Below, piece after piece: positions 51,822-64,000 of a stretch of 64,000 bases of DNA. This DNA comes from Cetorhinus maximus (Eukaryota). The stretch is from positions 64,480,001 through 64,544,000 of the forward strand of contig NC_135896.1 of NCBI RefSeq assembly GCF_964194155.1, in the 5' to 3' direction. The translations under genes and the position numbers were made by a program. How positions within the stretch are numbered: position 1 is the first letter of the stretch; each line of letters begins with the position of its first letter. Under the pieces are notes generated by a model. The model had not been told where the DNA came from, made no database searches, and saw only the letters and a program-made list of their open reading frames with translations.

Positions 51822-51944
51822 TCAGAAACATAAGTAAACTACAAAAAGCAGTGTTTTTAAATGCTCTGAATTCAGTGGCTACAATCTTGTACAATAATTA
51901 GTCACAATGCTTTTGATTGCACTTTGAGCCTTTATCAATGCTTT

Positions 51945-52940
51945 TTAAAAATTATTTCATGGGATGTGGGCATCGCTGGAAAGGCCAGCACTTTTTGCCC
52001 CATCTCTAACTGCCCTTCAAGTGGCACTGAGCCACCTTCTTGAACCACTCTGTGGTGTAGGTATGCCCACTATGCTGTTAGGAAGGAAGTTCCAGGATTT
52101 TGAACCAGTGACAGTGAAGGAACAGCAATATAGTTCCAAGTCAGGATGCTTTGGAAATCTCTACCCCAGAGGGCTGTGAAAGCTCAATAATTGAGCATGC
52201 TCAAGGCAGAAATCAATATGGTGATCAATATGATACCAGTGACATCAAGGCCTACCCCATGCTCCAATATTCCTGTGTGGGGGGTCTTGGAGGGGAACTT
52301 GCAGATGGTGGTGTTCCCATACATTTTCTACTCTCGTCTTGCTAGGTGGTAGAGATCACAGGTCTGGAAGGTGCTCTCAAAGGAGCCTTGGTGAGTTGCT
52401 GCAGTGCATCTTACACATGTTACACACTGCTGCCACAGTGCACAGGAGATGGAGGAAGTGGATGTTGAAGGTGGTGGATGGGGTGCCAATCAAGTGGGCT
52501 GCTTTGTCCTGGATGGTGTCAAGCTTCTTGAGTGTTGTTGGAGCTGCACTCATCCAGGCAAATGGAGAGCATTCCATCACACTCCTGACTTGTGCCTTGT
52601 AATGGTGGTCAGACTTTGGGGAGTCAGTTTGGGGGGTGACTAATACTACAGAATTTCCAGTCTCTGATCTGCTCTTGCAGCCACAGCATTTATATGGCTG
52701 GTGCAGTTCAGTTTCTGGTCAATGGTAACCCCCAGGATGTTGATAGTGAGGGATTTAGCAATGGTAATGCCATTGGATGTCAAGGGGAGATGCTTAGATT
52801 CACTCTTGCTGGAGATGGTCATTGCCTGGCATGAATGTTACTTGCTACTTATCAGCCCAAGCCTGAATATTGTCCAGGTCTTGCTATATACGAACACGGG
52901 TTGCTTCAGTATTTGAGGAGTATCACATGTTACTGAACAC
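51945..52940 (-). mobile_element. LINE family B 3' part
   Basis: MECSPFAWMSAAPTTLKKLDTIQDKAAHLIG; shared tail at 51945-52010; foreign CR1 piece inserted at ~52150-52270. Confidence 0.9.
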
Positions 52941-53018
52941 TAGCAAGCTTATAAAGCCATAATACAGTAAACATTGATCATGATTATTGTGGAGTTATAC
53001 AGTGTTACGGAACCTTTA

Positions 53019-53222
<204 letters not shown>

Positions 53223-53696
53223 TCAGTATAGTGATTAATCTACCTTAATGCACAGTTTTTAAAATTGTAATCTCATGTGAATGTGCTAATGGGCAGACAC
53301 AAAAGTAAAAAGGTTAATGTTGGCCTTTATCTCAAAGAGACTGGAATGCCAAAGGGAGGAAGTTGTGGTTCCGTTATATAGAGATTCAGGCCAGACACCA
53401 TCTGGTATACTGCTTGGAGTTCTGGCAAGGATTAGTATATGACGTTAGGTCGTAGATCAGCCATGATCCCATTGAAGGCAGAACAGGTTCAAGAGTCTAA
53501 ATGACCTACTTCTGTTCTTACATACCCCACCTCAGGAAGAACATGCTATCATTGGTGAGGGTGTACTGTAATTTCATCAGAATAATGCCAGGGCTTAAAG
53601 GGTTAAATTATGGAGGACAGTATGCATAGTCTTGGTTTGTTTACCCTTTAGCATAGAAAATTGAGGGGGTGATTTCACAGAGGTGTATAAGCCGGG

Positions 53697-53976
53697 TGGG
53701 AGGGGGGTTGTGGCAGGTGATGCCAGTGGCCAGTTATCCAGAGCCCCAGGGTAATGCTCTGGGGACCTGAGTTCAAATCCCACCACAGCAGATGGTGAAA
53801 CAGGAATTCAATAAAAATCTGGAATTAAAAGTCTAATGATGACCATGAAATCATTGCCAATTGTTGTGAAAACCCAATTGGTTCACTAATGTCCTTTAGG
53901 GAAGGAAATCTGCTACCCGACATGCGACTCCAGACCCATAGCCAGCAACGCCCACATCCCATGAACGAATAAGAAG
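53697..53976 (+). mobile_element. Short variant of the tRNA-derived SINE, nested in a CR1 fragment (~53300-54110)
   Basis: B box GAGTTCAAATCC, same body as 20886-21286, jumps from cagacccatagc to cagcaacgcccacatcccatgaacgaata. Confidence 0.85.
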
Positions 53977-54644
53977 TAATACATGGATTAGATAGCTTGA
54001 AGAAAAACTATTTCCTCTGGTGGGGAATCAAGAACAAAGGAGTATCATCTTAAAATCAAAGCCAGGCAGTTCATGAATGTAATCAGGAAGCGCTTCTACC
54101 CACAAACACAAACTCTCCCAAATGGCTCTAGATATGAACTGTAAAGTCATTCATCCCCTCTAGCCTTAGCAGAATTAAATTAGGCCATGGATGATCTGCA
54201 TCTTAACTCCAGCTACTTGCCTTGGTTGTGTAACCCTTAATATCCTCGCCTAACTAAGGAAAAAAACCAGCACTCAAATTTTCAATTGACCTAGCATCCA
54301 CAGCTTTTTTGCGTGTGTGTGTGTGCAGGGGGAGGGAAGAGAGGAGATTTAGGGCAATTTTTTTTTCACATCAGATTTGAACAGCCCAATTCTCCATTTA
54401 TTATGCACCCTGATTCTGGACTCCCCTACCAGAGTTTCTCATCATTCAGTCACTTTATGCACTTCGATTAGATCACCTCTTTATTGCAGCTCAAAAATAA
54501 CTTGCACCTTTCTGTATTTCAACCTCTTTCAGATAGAGGCCAACATCCCAATAGCAAGTTAAATTACATTTTATACCTGTCCACTAGCTTTAATTACTTC
54601 TCTACTTAACCTCTAAATTGCTCTGCTCATCCATAATTGCTAGC

Positions 54645-56190
54645 TTTTTTTTTTAAATCACTCACGGGATGTGGGCTTCACTGGCTGGGCCAGCATTTAT
54701 TGCCCATCCTGAGTTGCCCTTGAAGGCAAGTCACCACCACCTTCTCCTGAACAGCTACAGTCCAAGTGGTGTAGGCACACCGACAGTGCTGTTAGGGAAG
54801 GAGTTCCAGGATTTTGACCCAGCGACAATGAAGGAACGGTGATATATTTCCAAGTCAGGATGGTGAGTGACTTGGAGGGGAACTTCCAGGTGATGGCGTT
54901 CCCATCTATCTGCTGCATTTGTCCTTCTAGATGGTAGTGGTCGTGGGTTTGGAAGGTGCTGTCTGAGGAACCCGGGTGAATTTCTGCAGTACATCTTGTA
55001 GACAGTACACATTGTTGCTACTGTGCGTCAGTGGTGGGGAGAGTGGATCTTTGTGGGTGCGGTGCCAGTCAAGTTGGCTGCTTTGTCCTGGACAGTGTCA
55101 AGCTTCTTGAGTGTTGTGGGAGGTGCACTCATCCAGGCGAGTGGGGAGCATTCCATCACACTCCTGACTTGTGCCTTGCAGATGGTGGACAGGCTTTGGG
55201 GAGTCAGGAGGTGAGTTACTCGTCTCAGGATTCCGAGCCTCTCACCTGCTCTTGTAACCACAATATTTATATGGCTAATCCAGTTCAGTTTCTGGTCAAT
55301 GGTAACCCCTAGGATGTTGATAGTGGGGATTTAATGTTGATAATGCCATTGAATGTCATGGGGCAATGGTTGGATTCTCTCTTGTTGGAGATGGTCATTG
55401 CCTGGCACAAATATGACTTGCCACTTGTCAGCCCAAGCCTGGATATTGTCCAAGTCTTATTACATTTGGACATAGACTGCTTCAGTATCTAAGTCGTCAT
55501 GAATGGTGCTGAACATTGTGCAATCATCAGCGAATATCCCTACTTCTGACCTTATGATGGAAGGTCATTGGTGAAGCAGCTAAAGATGGTTGGACCGAGG
55601 ACACTACTCTGAGGAGCTCCTGCAATGATGTCCTGGAGCCGAGATGACTGACCTCCAACAACCACAACCATCTTCCTTTGTTCCAGGTATGACTCCAACC
55701 AGTGGAGTTTTCCCCAATTCCTATTGACTCTAGTTTTGCTAGGGTTCCTTGATGCCACACTTGGTCAAATGCGGCCTTGATGTCAAGGGCAGTCGTTCTC
55801 ACCTCACGAGTTCAGCTCTTTTGTTCATGTTTGAACCAAGGCTCTAATGAGGTCAGAAGCTGAGTGGCCCTGACAGAACCCAAACTGGGTATCAGTGAGC
55901 AGATTATTGCAAGCAAGTGCTGCTTGACAGCACTGTTAATGACCCCTTCCATCACTTTACTGATGATCGAGAGTAGACTGATGGGGCGGGTTGGATTTGT
56001 CCTGCTTTGTGTACGGACATACCTAGGCAATTTTCCACATAGCCAGTTAGATGCCAGTGTTGTAGCTGTACTGGAACAGCTTAGCGAGGGGCACAGCAAG
56101 TTCTGCAGCACAAGTCTTCAGTGCTATTGCTGGAATATTGTCAGGAGCCACAGCCTTTGCACCATCCAGTGGCTTCAGCCACTTCTTGCC
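54645..56190 (-). mobile_element. LINE family B, 5'-truncated
   Basis: PISLLSIISKVMEGVINSAVKQHL; TALDIKAAFDQVWHQG; GAPQSSVLGPTIFSCFTNDLP; shared tail. Confidence 0.93.
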
Positions 56191-56312
56191 ATTTAGATAC
56201 TTTGATCCATCTTTTCTTGAAAAACATCGATTGGCACTACAGAATTAGCCAATGAGTTGCATTGCATGAGCCGACAATTTAGAGGCAGGGTGGGACTTAT
56301 GGCAAACCATAC

Positions 56313-56802
56313 GGGCCCTTAACTTCCGATCTCTGGGCAGTCATACCAGAGAGGTACCCCAAAGATGTGCTGAGGGTCTCCCCCTGGAATCCCCCACGTA
56401 AGGATTGCACAGCAATTGCCCTACACTCCAACTTAAATCGCAGTCTTCGGATGATTCTGGCTGTCTTACAGGAATAATTACCCAGGGAATATAAGAAGAA
56501 ATAAAACCATTTCTAACTCTTGAGTAACTATAATACTAACAGCCCCTTGACTCCACACATGATCCCCTGACTACCCCCTCCCCACGACTCCGACACACCT
56601 AGCTAGTGAGTAAAAAAGATGGCATGTCATCCTTACCCTCAGTTCGTGCACTCGACATGAGACCTCGGGAACCCACTGCAATGTACCTTTCTCACCCAGC
56701 TGAGTAGGAAGGTCAAGCAAAAAGGTGCGACTGCAATTCAATCTAAGTAATCAGGAGCAGAGCAATCAGACTGCGATTGCTACTCCATGAAAGTTATGGC
56801 CC
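56313..56802 (-). mobile_element. MITE copy 3 (GGGCCRTAACTT family)
   Basis: GGGCCCTTAACTT ... AAGTTATGGCCC; body is the reverse complement of copies 1 and 2. Confidence 0.78.
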
Positions 56803-57099
56803 AATATATTTCACAGATAACAAGTGCACTCAGCAAAGAGCCGATTTGAAACAATGCGTTACAACAATCTAAAAGCATGGACTGAAAAAGAGTGTCTCTA
56901 GGAACTAGAGGGGGGGAAAAAATGATGGCAACTTCTCCCAATAAAAGCAGAGTGATTTTGCCAGTAAACTGCAGCGTGTGGAATGCGTAATAATGCATGT
57001 AAAATCAACCCCAGTCCCTTACAATAGAGTGGTTCCCAATTGTGATTTACATGGGAATTACCGAGTCATCGACATTGTGGCTGGGAATAGTGGTATCAA

Positions 57100-57970
57100 T
57101 TTAACCAGTTATCCTTCTTTAGGTCCAAAGTAGATGATCTCAGACTGCCCCCAACATTGAACGCCAGCTGCCACAGTTCTGCCCATTCACCTAAATCTAT
57201 CAATGGCCCTTTGCAACTTTGTGCTCCCATCTGCACTACTTATTGTGCCACTTAACTTCCTGTCATCATTCAACTTAGATAAAAGGTCAGCTATATATCA
57301 ATATCATTGCAGATCCTGGAGGTACACTGCTAGGTACATCCTGCCAAGTAGAGCATTTCCCTATTATCATTACTCCCAGTCCATTGCCTCCTCACCAATT
57401 CTCTTTCCAAACCAGTAGTGCATTGAATTGAAAACAACAACTCATTTTTATCAACAGTCCCTTATGTGGAAGCTTGTTGAATGTTTTCTGGAAACCCATA
57501 TAAATAATGTCCATGGACATTCCCTTTTCTACATCAGTTACCTCAAATTTCACTAGGCTCAACAGACGTGACTTATACTTTATAAATCCTCGATGGATAA
57601 ACCAGCTGATCAGAGAGAGCCACATTCTTGGTCACACTGTCCCTAATAACTTTGCCAATAATAGGCCTGTAATAGTTTAATTCTCCCATGTTTCCCGAAC
57701 AAACGGAGTGACATTGACAGTTTTCCAATCAAAGGAGACAATTTCTGAGTCACGAGTGTGTTTTGGAAGATCACAGCTATTGCATCAACAATTTCTACTC
57801 CTCGCTGGTGGAAACCCATCAGGTCCTGAAGATTTATCTACTTGAACTAACATTACTTAAACACCATTTAAAAATAAATAAATCTAGTTAATTCCTCCTG
57901 CTGCTTGATTTTGAGTTTTCCTTGTATCCCTGGTGTATAAAGCTCATTCTCTATGAATACCACTGCAAAG
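57100..57970 (-). mobile_element. Old CR1 RT fragment
   Basis: EVTDVEKGMSMDIIYMGFQKTFNKLPHKGLL. Confidence 0.75.
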
Positions 57971-57974
57971 ACAC

Positions 57975-59690
57975 CAGTATTTCTTACTAGGACAGCTTGG
58001 ACCCCCAAATACATGCATTCATGTCTCTTCCTGCTCTTGCCACAAACTGGAAAATTTCATCAATTTGGCTTCCAATTTTCACACTTGGCTTACCTTCATC
58101 TCCATCTTCACCTCTTCCCTTCACTTCGACTTCTATCTCTAATTTGGGGGTCAGCTGCAACCAATATTTACTACAAGCCTACCAACTTTCACAGCTACAT
58201 TGATTATATTTCTCCTATTCTGCTTCCTGTAAGGGCTATATTCCATTCTCCTCACTTCAAGTCACATTCTTTCGATGATACCACCTTCCATTCCAATACT
58301 TCCAGCAGGCCTTCCCTTTTCTTCAACCAAAGATTTCCTTCCACTATGGTTGACAGGACACTTAAGAGGCCCATTGCGTGTTGCGCACCACCAATATCTA
58401 CTTTCAATGTGTGTGGCGCCCTCACCAAACACATCACCGCTCCCCTCTCAGCAAATCAAAGGTACAGTTACAACTGTGACACCCTGATCCACTCTTCCAC
58501 CAGCTGGAATACTCAATTCCCCTTCCCACAGCATCTTCCCATGAAAGCACAGGAAATTCTTCTTTTCTTCCTCAGATGAAACAGCAATTTGGCTAGTACT
58601 TACAAATTAATTTTTTTTAATTCATTCATGGGATGTGGGCTTCGCTGGCTGGGCCAGCATTTATTGCCCATCCCTAATTGCCCTTGGAGAAAGTGGTGAA
58701 CGGCTGCAGTCCAGTGGTGTAGGTACATCCACAGTGCTGTTAGAAAGGGCGTTCCAGGATTTTGACCCAATGATAGTGAAGAAACGGTGATATATTTCCA
58801 ATTCAGGACGATGAGTGACTTGGAGGGGAGCTTCCAGGTGGTGGTGTTCCCATCTATCTGCTGCCATTGTCCTTCTAGATGGTGGTGGTTGTGGGTTTGG
58901 AAGGTGCTGTTGAAGGAGCCTTGGTAAATTCCTGCAGTTCATTTTGCAGATGGTACACACTGCTACTACTGTGCGTCGGTGGTGGAGGGGGTGAATGTTT
59001 GTGGATGTGGTGCCAATCAAGCAGGCTGTTTTGTCCTGGACGGTGTCAAGTTTCTGTAGTGTTATGGGAGCAGCACTCATCCAGGCAAGTGGGGAGTATG
59101 TGGCGTTCTGGCACAGTCTCCTTTATACTGGGGAGAGCAAACACAAGATTGGGTGACCAATTTGCAGGACACTTCTGTTTAAGCCACAAGTTTGACCCCA
59201 AACTTCCAGTTGCTTGCCATACGAATTCTCCATCCCACTCCAATCTCAGCCTTTGGCCTCCTGCATTGTTCCAATGATGCCGACGAACAGCAGCTCATGT
59301 TTCGGTTAGACACCTCAGAGTTTTCCAGACAACACTGAATTCAATAATTTCAGGTGAAAACTGCTGCTTCCATTTTCGGGGGGATGGCAGGTGGTGGTAA
59401 TGGTTCCTATGTTGCCATTTACAGCTCTTGTAGACTCAACTTTTGTTTCTCTACTTGTTCCATTTGCCTTACACCATCAACCCTTCATTTAATCATTCTT
59501 GCCTTTCACCACTGTGATTTTCCTCATCTCCCTCCCCCTTTCCCCTGATTTTGTACTTGATTATAAACTGTTATACAGTTATAAACTCCTAAGTTTTGAC
59601 ACAAGATCATATAATTGAAACATTAACTGTTTCTCTCTCCATCAGTGCTAACTGGCCTGGCATTGCCAGCATTTCCTGTTTTTTTTTAAG
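57975..59690 (+). mobile_element. Decayed Penelope-like element (second family) split by a family B LINE (58610-59097, -)
   Basis: TNIYYKPTNFHSYIDY..DDTTFHS..FFNQRFPSTMVDR; LLYTGRANTRLGDQFAGH..LPVACH; tail gaaacattaactgtttctctctccatcag. Confidence 0.8.
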
Positions 59691-60399
59691 CAAGTCTGCC
59701 ATTTCCTTTATTCCCCAGTAACAGTATCACCTGCATTTGCCATTTGGGAGCCCACATTATCCTTGGTCATTTTTTTAAAAAATAAGTATTTGTAAACACA
59801 TTTAGTGTTGTCCTAGATATCCCTAACAATCCTTTTCTTGCATAGCTTTTTGCAGCTCTTAGTAATTACCCTGTATCCCTTTGCTATTCTTTATATTTCC
59901 CCTGCTCTTTGCCTCTGTAAAAGTCCTCTTTCAGATTTATAATATCTCTCACTTCTTGTTCACTAGCTTACTTAATTATACATACACTTTTATCCTTTAT
60001 GGATACCAAATACATTTTTAGATAGCACCCATTATTTATGTTGGGCCAATTAAAACTTTTAATCTTGAAATTTTGTGCTAGGTAAGGGTATCAAGACATA
60101 GGTCAAGAGGGAAACATAATGTTGAGTGGCAGATCAACCATGATGCAACAATGGTAGAATAGGGTTTAGGGGCTAAATGCCCTATATTGACAATGTAGTA
60201 TAGTTTGATTAGCCTCCCAATTTCCAGATACTCAGATTTTACAAACACCTTCAGTTTTTTCAACAAAAATCTTTTTTTTAAACATTAAAGTATTGCAAAA
60301 AGAAAAGTATTGTCGAGTGTAAAGGCATGTTCCAAAACAATTGGAAAATCTACACGAAAGAAAACATGCTGAACCAAGATGGGAGAGATTAGGAGTGCT

Positions 60400-61080
60400 C
60401 TCAAAATCTTGGTTCGCAGGTTGGGAAGTTATACTTGAGTCTGGAGGTAACAAAAGGTGCACAAGGATTTTGTGATGATGCAGTTCAAGTAGAGACACAG
60501 GAATAAATATTGCTGAAGTGAAAGTATCTTACTGATTAATGGGAAATTTGAAGCTCAGCTCAGTGTTCAGCAGAATGCCATCATTGACAATATGGAGGCA
60601 ACTGCAGGGGTTGAACAAGTGGTGCAGAACTGGAGCTGGGTGGGCAACTTAAAGGTGAAAAGCCTATCATCATCATCATGACGCTGTACGTACATAGATA
60701 AGGAAGAGAAACCAAGCAAGCCTATATTGGAAGTGATAAGTTTTGGAGGGTGATTGCTGCATACTTGCTATCCAAAAGCAGGCAATATACAGAAGCACAC
60801 AGTTCTTTGGAGATGATGGAGGAGAGGACAAAAGGATGCCATAGTCAACCAAAACGGACAAGTCGAAGAGGGATAACGCGCCAAGGACGCACAGTAACAG
60901 AGGATGTCATTTGTGACTTTGGCTTGGGCTGTTTAGTGCTACAAGAGTGGAAGTTGGACTTGAAGGAATCGAATAGTGGGTGACAGAAACAGAGAAAGGA
61001 GATCCTAAAACAAGAGGAGGAGGTTGGAGATAGGGGCAGTAGTTTGAAAGCTCAAGGATGATTAAGGCTGAAGAAAGAGT
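60400..61080 (-). mobile_element. Old L2 fragment
   Basis: tgacgctgtac (YAD-like), tgacaatatggagg, gatagggg cagtagttt (NYCPIS). Confidence 0.5.
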
Positions 61081-61115
61081 TCAAAATAAATAAAATGGAA
61101 ACCAAAAGATGCTCA

Positions 61116-61322
<207 letters not shown>

Positions 61323-61514
61323 CTAAAACAGAGGCATAGTTGGTATTAAACATGGGGAACAAATTGATTACGGGGAAAAAGTGTACTTGAGTGCTTCAAA
61401 AAAATTTAGGGACATTAATATTTGCAACAGGACCAAATGACAAAAGTAATAAAGACAGACATGCAATTACTCAAGGCAATGCCTTTACAATTTAAAACTT
61501 ATTCATACGTCTAT

Positions 61515-62925
61515 TTTAAAAGGGAGGTAGAGAGAAAACAGGGAATTTTCAACCAGTCAGCCTGACGTCGGTAGTGGGGAAAATTCTAGAGTCCGTTATA
61601 AAAGATTTAATAGCTGAGCACTTGGAAAACAGTGGCCGAATTGGACAGAGTCAGCATGGATTTACAAAAGGGAAATCATGCTTGACAAATCTACTGGAAT
61701 TTTTCGAGGGTGTAACTAGTAGAGTTGATGAGGGGGAGCCAGTGGATGTGGTTTATTTGGACTTTCAGAAGGTCAAAAGATTATCTTAAGAGATTAGCTT
61801 GTAAAATTAAAGCGCATGGGATTGAGGGTAGTGTATTAAGATGGATAGAAAACTGGTTGGCAGGCAGGAAACAGAGAGTAGGAATAAATGGGTCTTTTTC
61901 CAAATGGCAGGCAGTAACTAGTGGAGTACTGCAGGGATCGGTGCTGGGACCCCAGCTATTCACAATATATATTAATGATTTAGATGAGGGAACTAAATGT
62001 AATATCTCCAAATTTGCAAATGACACAAAGCTGGGTGGGAGGCTGAGCTGTGAGGAGGATGCAGAGATGCTTCAGTGTGATTTGGACAAGCTGAGAGAGT
62101 GGGAAAATGCACGGCAGATGCAGTATAATGTGGATAAACGTGAGGTCATCCACTTTGGTAGCAAAAACAGGAAGGCAGATTATCTGAATGGCTATAAATT
62201 GAGAGAGGGGAATGTACAACAAGACCTGGGTGTCCTCGTACACCAGTCGCTGAAGGTAAGCATGCAGGTGCAGCAGGCGGTAAAGGCGGCAAATGGTAGG
62301 TTGGCCCTCATAGCGAGAGGATTTGAGTACAGGAGCAGAGATGTCTTGCTGCAATTATACAGGGCCTTGATGAGGCCACACCTGGAAGAGTGTGTGCAGT
62401 TTTGGTCTCCTTATCTGAGGGAGGATGCTCTTGCTGTAGAGGGAGTGCAGCGAAAGTTTACCAGACTGATTCCTGGGATGGCAGGACTGACATGAGGAGA
62501 GATTGAGTCGGTTAGGATTATATTAATTGGAATTCAGAAGAATGAGAATCTCAGAAACCTATAAAATTCTAACATGACTAGACAGGGTAGATGCAGGAAG
62601 GATGTTCCTGATGGTGGGGGATTTCAAAGCCAGGGGTCACAGTCTGAGGATATGGGGTAGACCAATTAGAACTAGATGGGGAGAAATTTCAACACCCAGA
62701 GAGTGGTGAGCCTGTGGAATTTGCTACCACAGAAAGTAGTTGAGGCCAAAACATTGTATGTTTTCAAGAAAGAGTTAGATATAGCTCTTGGGGCGAAAGG
62801 GATCAAAGGATATGGGGAGAAAGCGGGAGCAGGCTATTGAGTTGGATGATCAGCCATGATCATAATGAATGGCGGAGTAGGCTCAAAGGGCCAAATGGCC
62901 GACTCCTGCTCCTAGTTTCTGTGTT
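61515..62925 (+). mobile_element. Young CR1 LINE, 5'-truncated RT and 3' end
   Basis: SQHGFTKGKSCLTNLLEFFEGVT..DVVYLDFQK; GVLQGSVLGPQLFTIYINDLD..KFANDTKL; 256-aa open stretch with few frameshifts. Confidence 0.95.
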
Positions 62926-62955
62926 TATAATAAACATCTATGTATGTATCATTTA

Positions 62956-63147
<192 letters not shown>

Positions 63148-63199
63148 CTATTAAATCTTTGTGTCACATTCTCCTTTGCCCTCCCGACATTTTAAGTTA

Positions 63200-63497
<298 letters not shown>

Positions 63498-64000
63498 TTA
63501 GGTCATGTTGGTGTAAACTCCGTCCCTCGCAGGTGTCAGAGAGTTTACATTTTGTCAACAAAACAAAGTAAAATAATTAGAAAACTTACATTTACTTCAA
63601 AATTCAACCAGTGTTTTTGCCTGAAAAATCAACTAAACTAGAATAAGGAGATACACTCCATATTTGCTGCGGTTTACAAAACAGAAGCTACAAGTTTAAT
63701 TAGTATGCATTCTTCCCCCACACACACAGCTTTTCTCAAAAAATACTTCAAACATCTTTAACATTTGTCCTCTAGCTTTTCTTCACTTTTTGAAGAAGGG
63801 AAATGCTAAAAGTTGAAGAAATATATTCCAACACTTGAACTGCATTAACAGTCCTAGAGTAATAAGTGCACCGGCCCATATTATTCAAATAATATACAAT
63901 CCAAATTAAGCTCATACCCTCACAGATTGGGGGAAAATTATTAAATTCAAGCCTAGAGTTTTGGGAGAGTCAGAGTCCTTCAAGTAAAACTTTACTGAAG

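Noticed and set aside
61574-62495. Functional reverse transcriptase gene
   Set aside because: 5'-truncated, frameshifted near 61770, catalytic ADD changed to AND, premature stop at 62495.

Overview
Eukaryotic, intron-rich vertebrate DNA. The repeat content (CR1/HER1-type and L2 LINEs, Deu-domain SINEs, Penelope-like elements, Harbinger-type MITEs) points to a cartilaginous fish; this taxon call is inference. Two secretory-pathway genes lie in tandem on the minus strand. The first is the 3' part of SRP54 (six coding exons, 63294 down to the stop at 42770). The second is the 5' part of SEC23A (CpG-rich promoter and probable non-coding exon 1 near 34.1-34.7 kb, then six coding exons from the ATG at 22482 to 2977; the gene continues past base 1). 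I traced every exon boundary by hand and the reading frames join. Nearly everything else is decayed transposable element. No prokaryotic system or CRISPR array is present. The most notable observations are: (1) a GC-AG last intron in SRP54 whose upstream exon sits between tail-to-tail LINE copies; (2) a single-ORF LINE that starts with the same tRNA-derived head as a local SINE, which looks like its internal-deletion derivative; (3) a Penelope element with an inverted terminal repeat carrying a promoter cassette and a minimal hammerhead ribozyme; (4) a palindromic-repeat/microsatellite-spacer array abutting the first SEC23A splice donor; (5) a uORF whose stop overlaps the SEC23A start codon (TAATG). 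Repeat family names and human gene comparisons come from memory, not from a database search.
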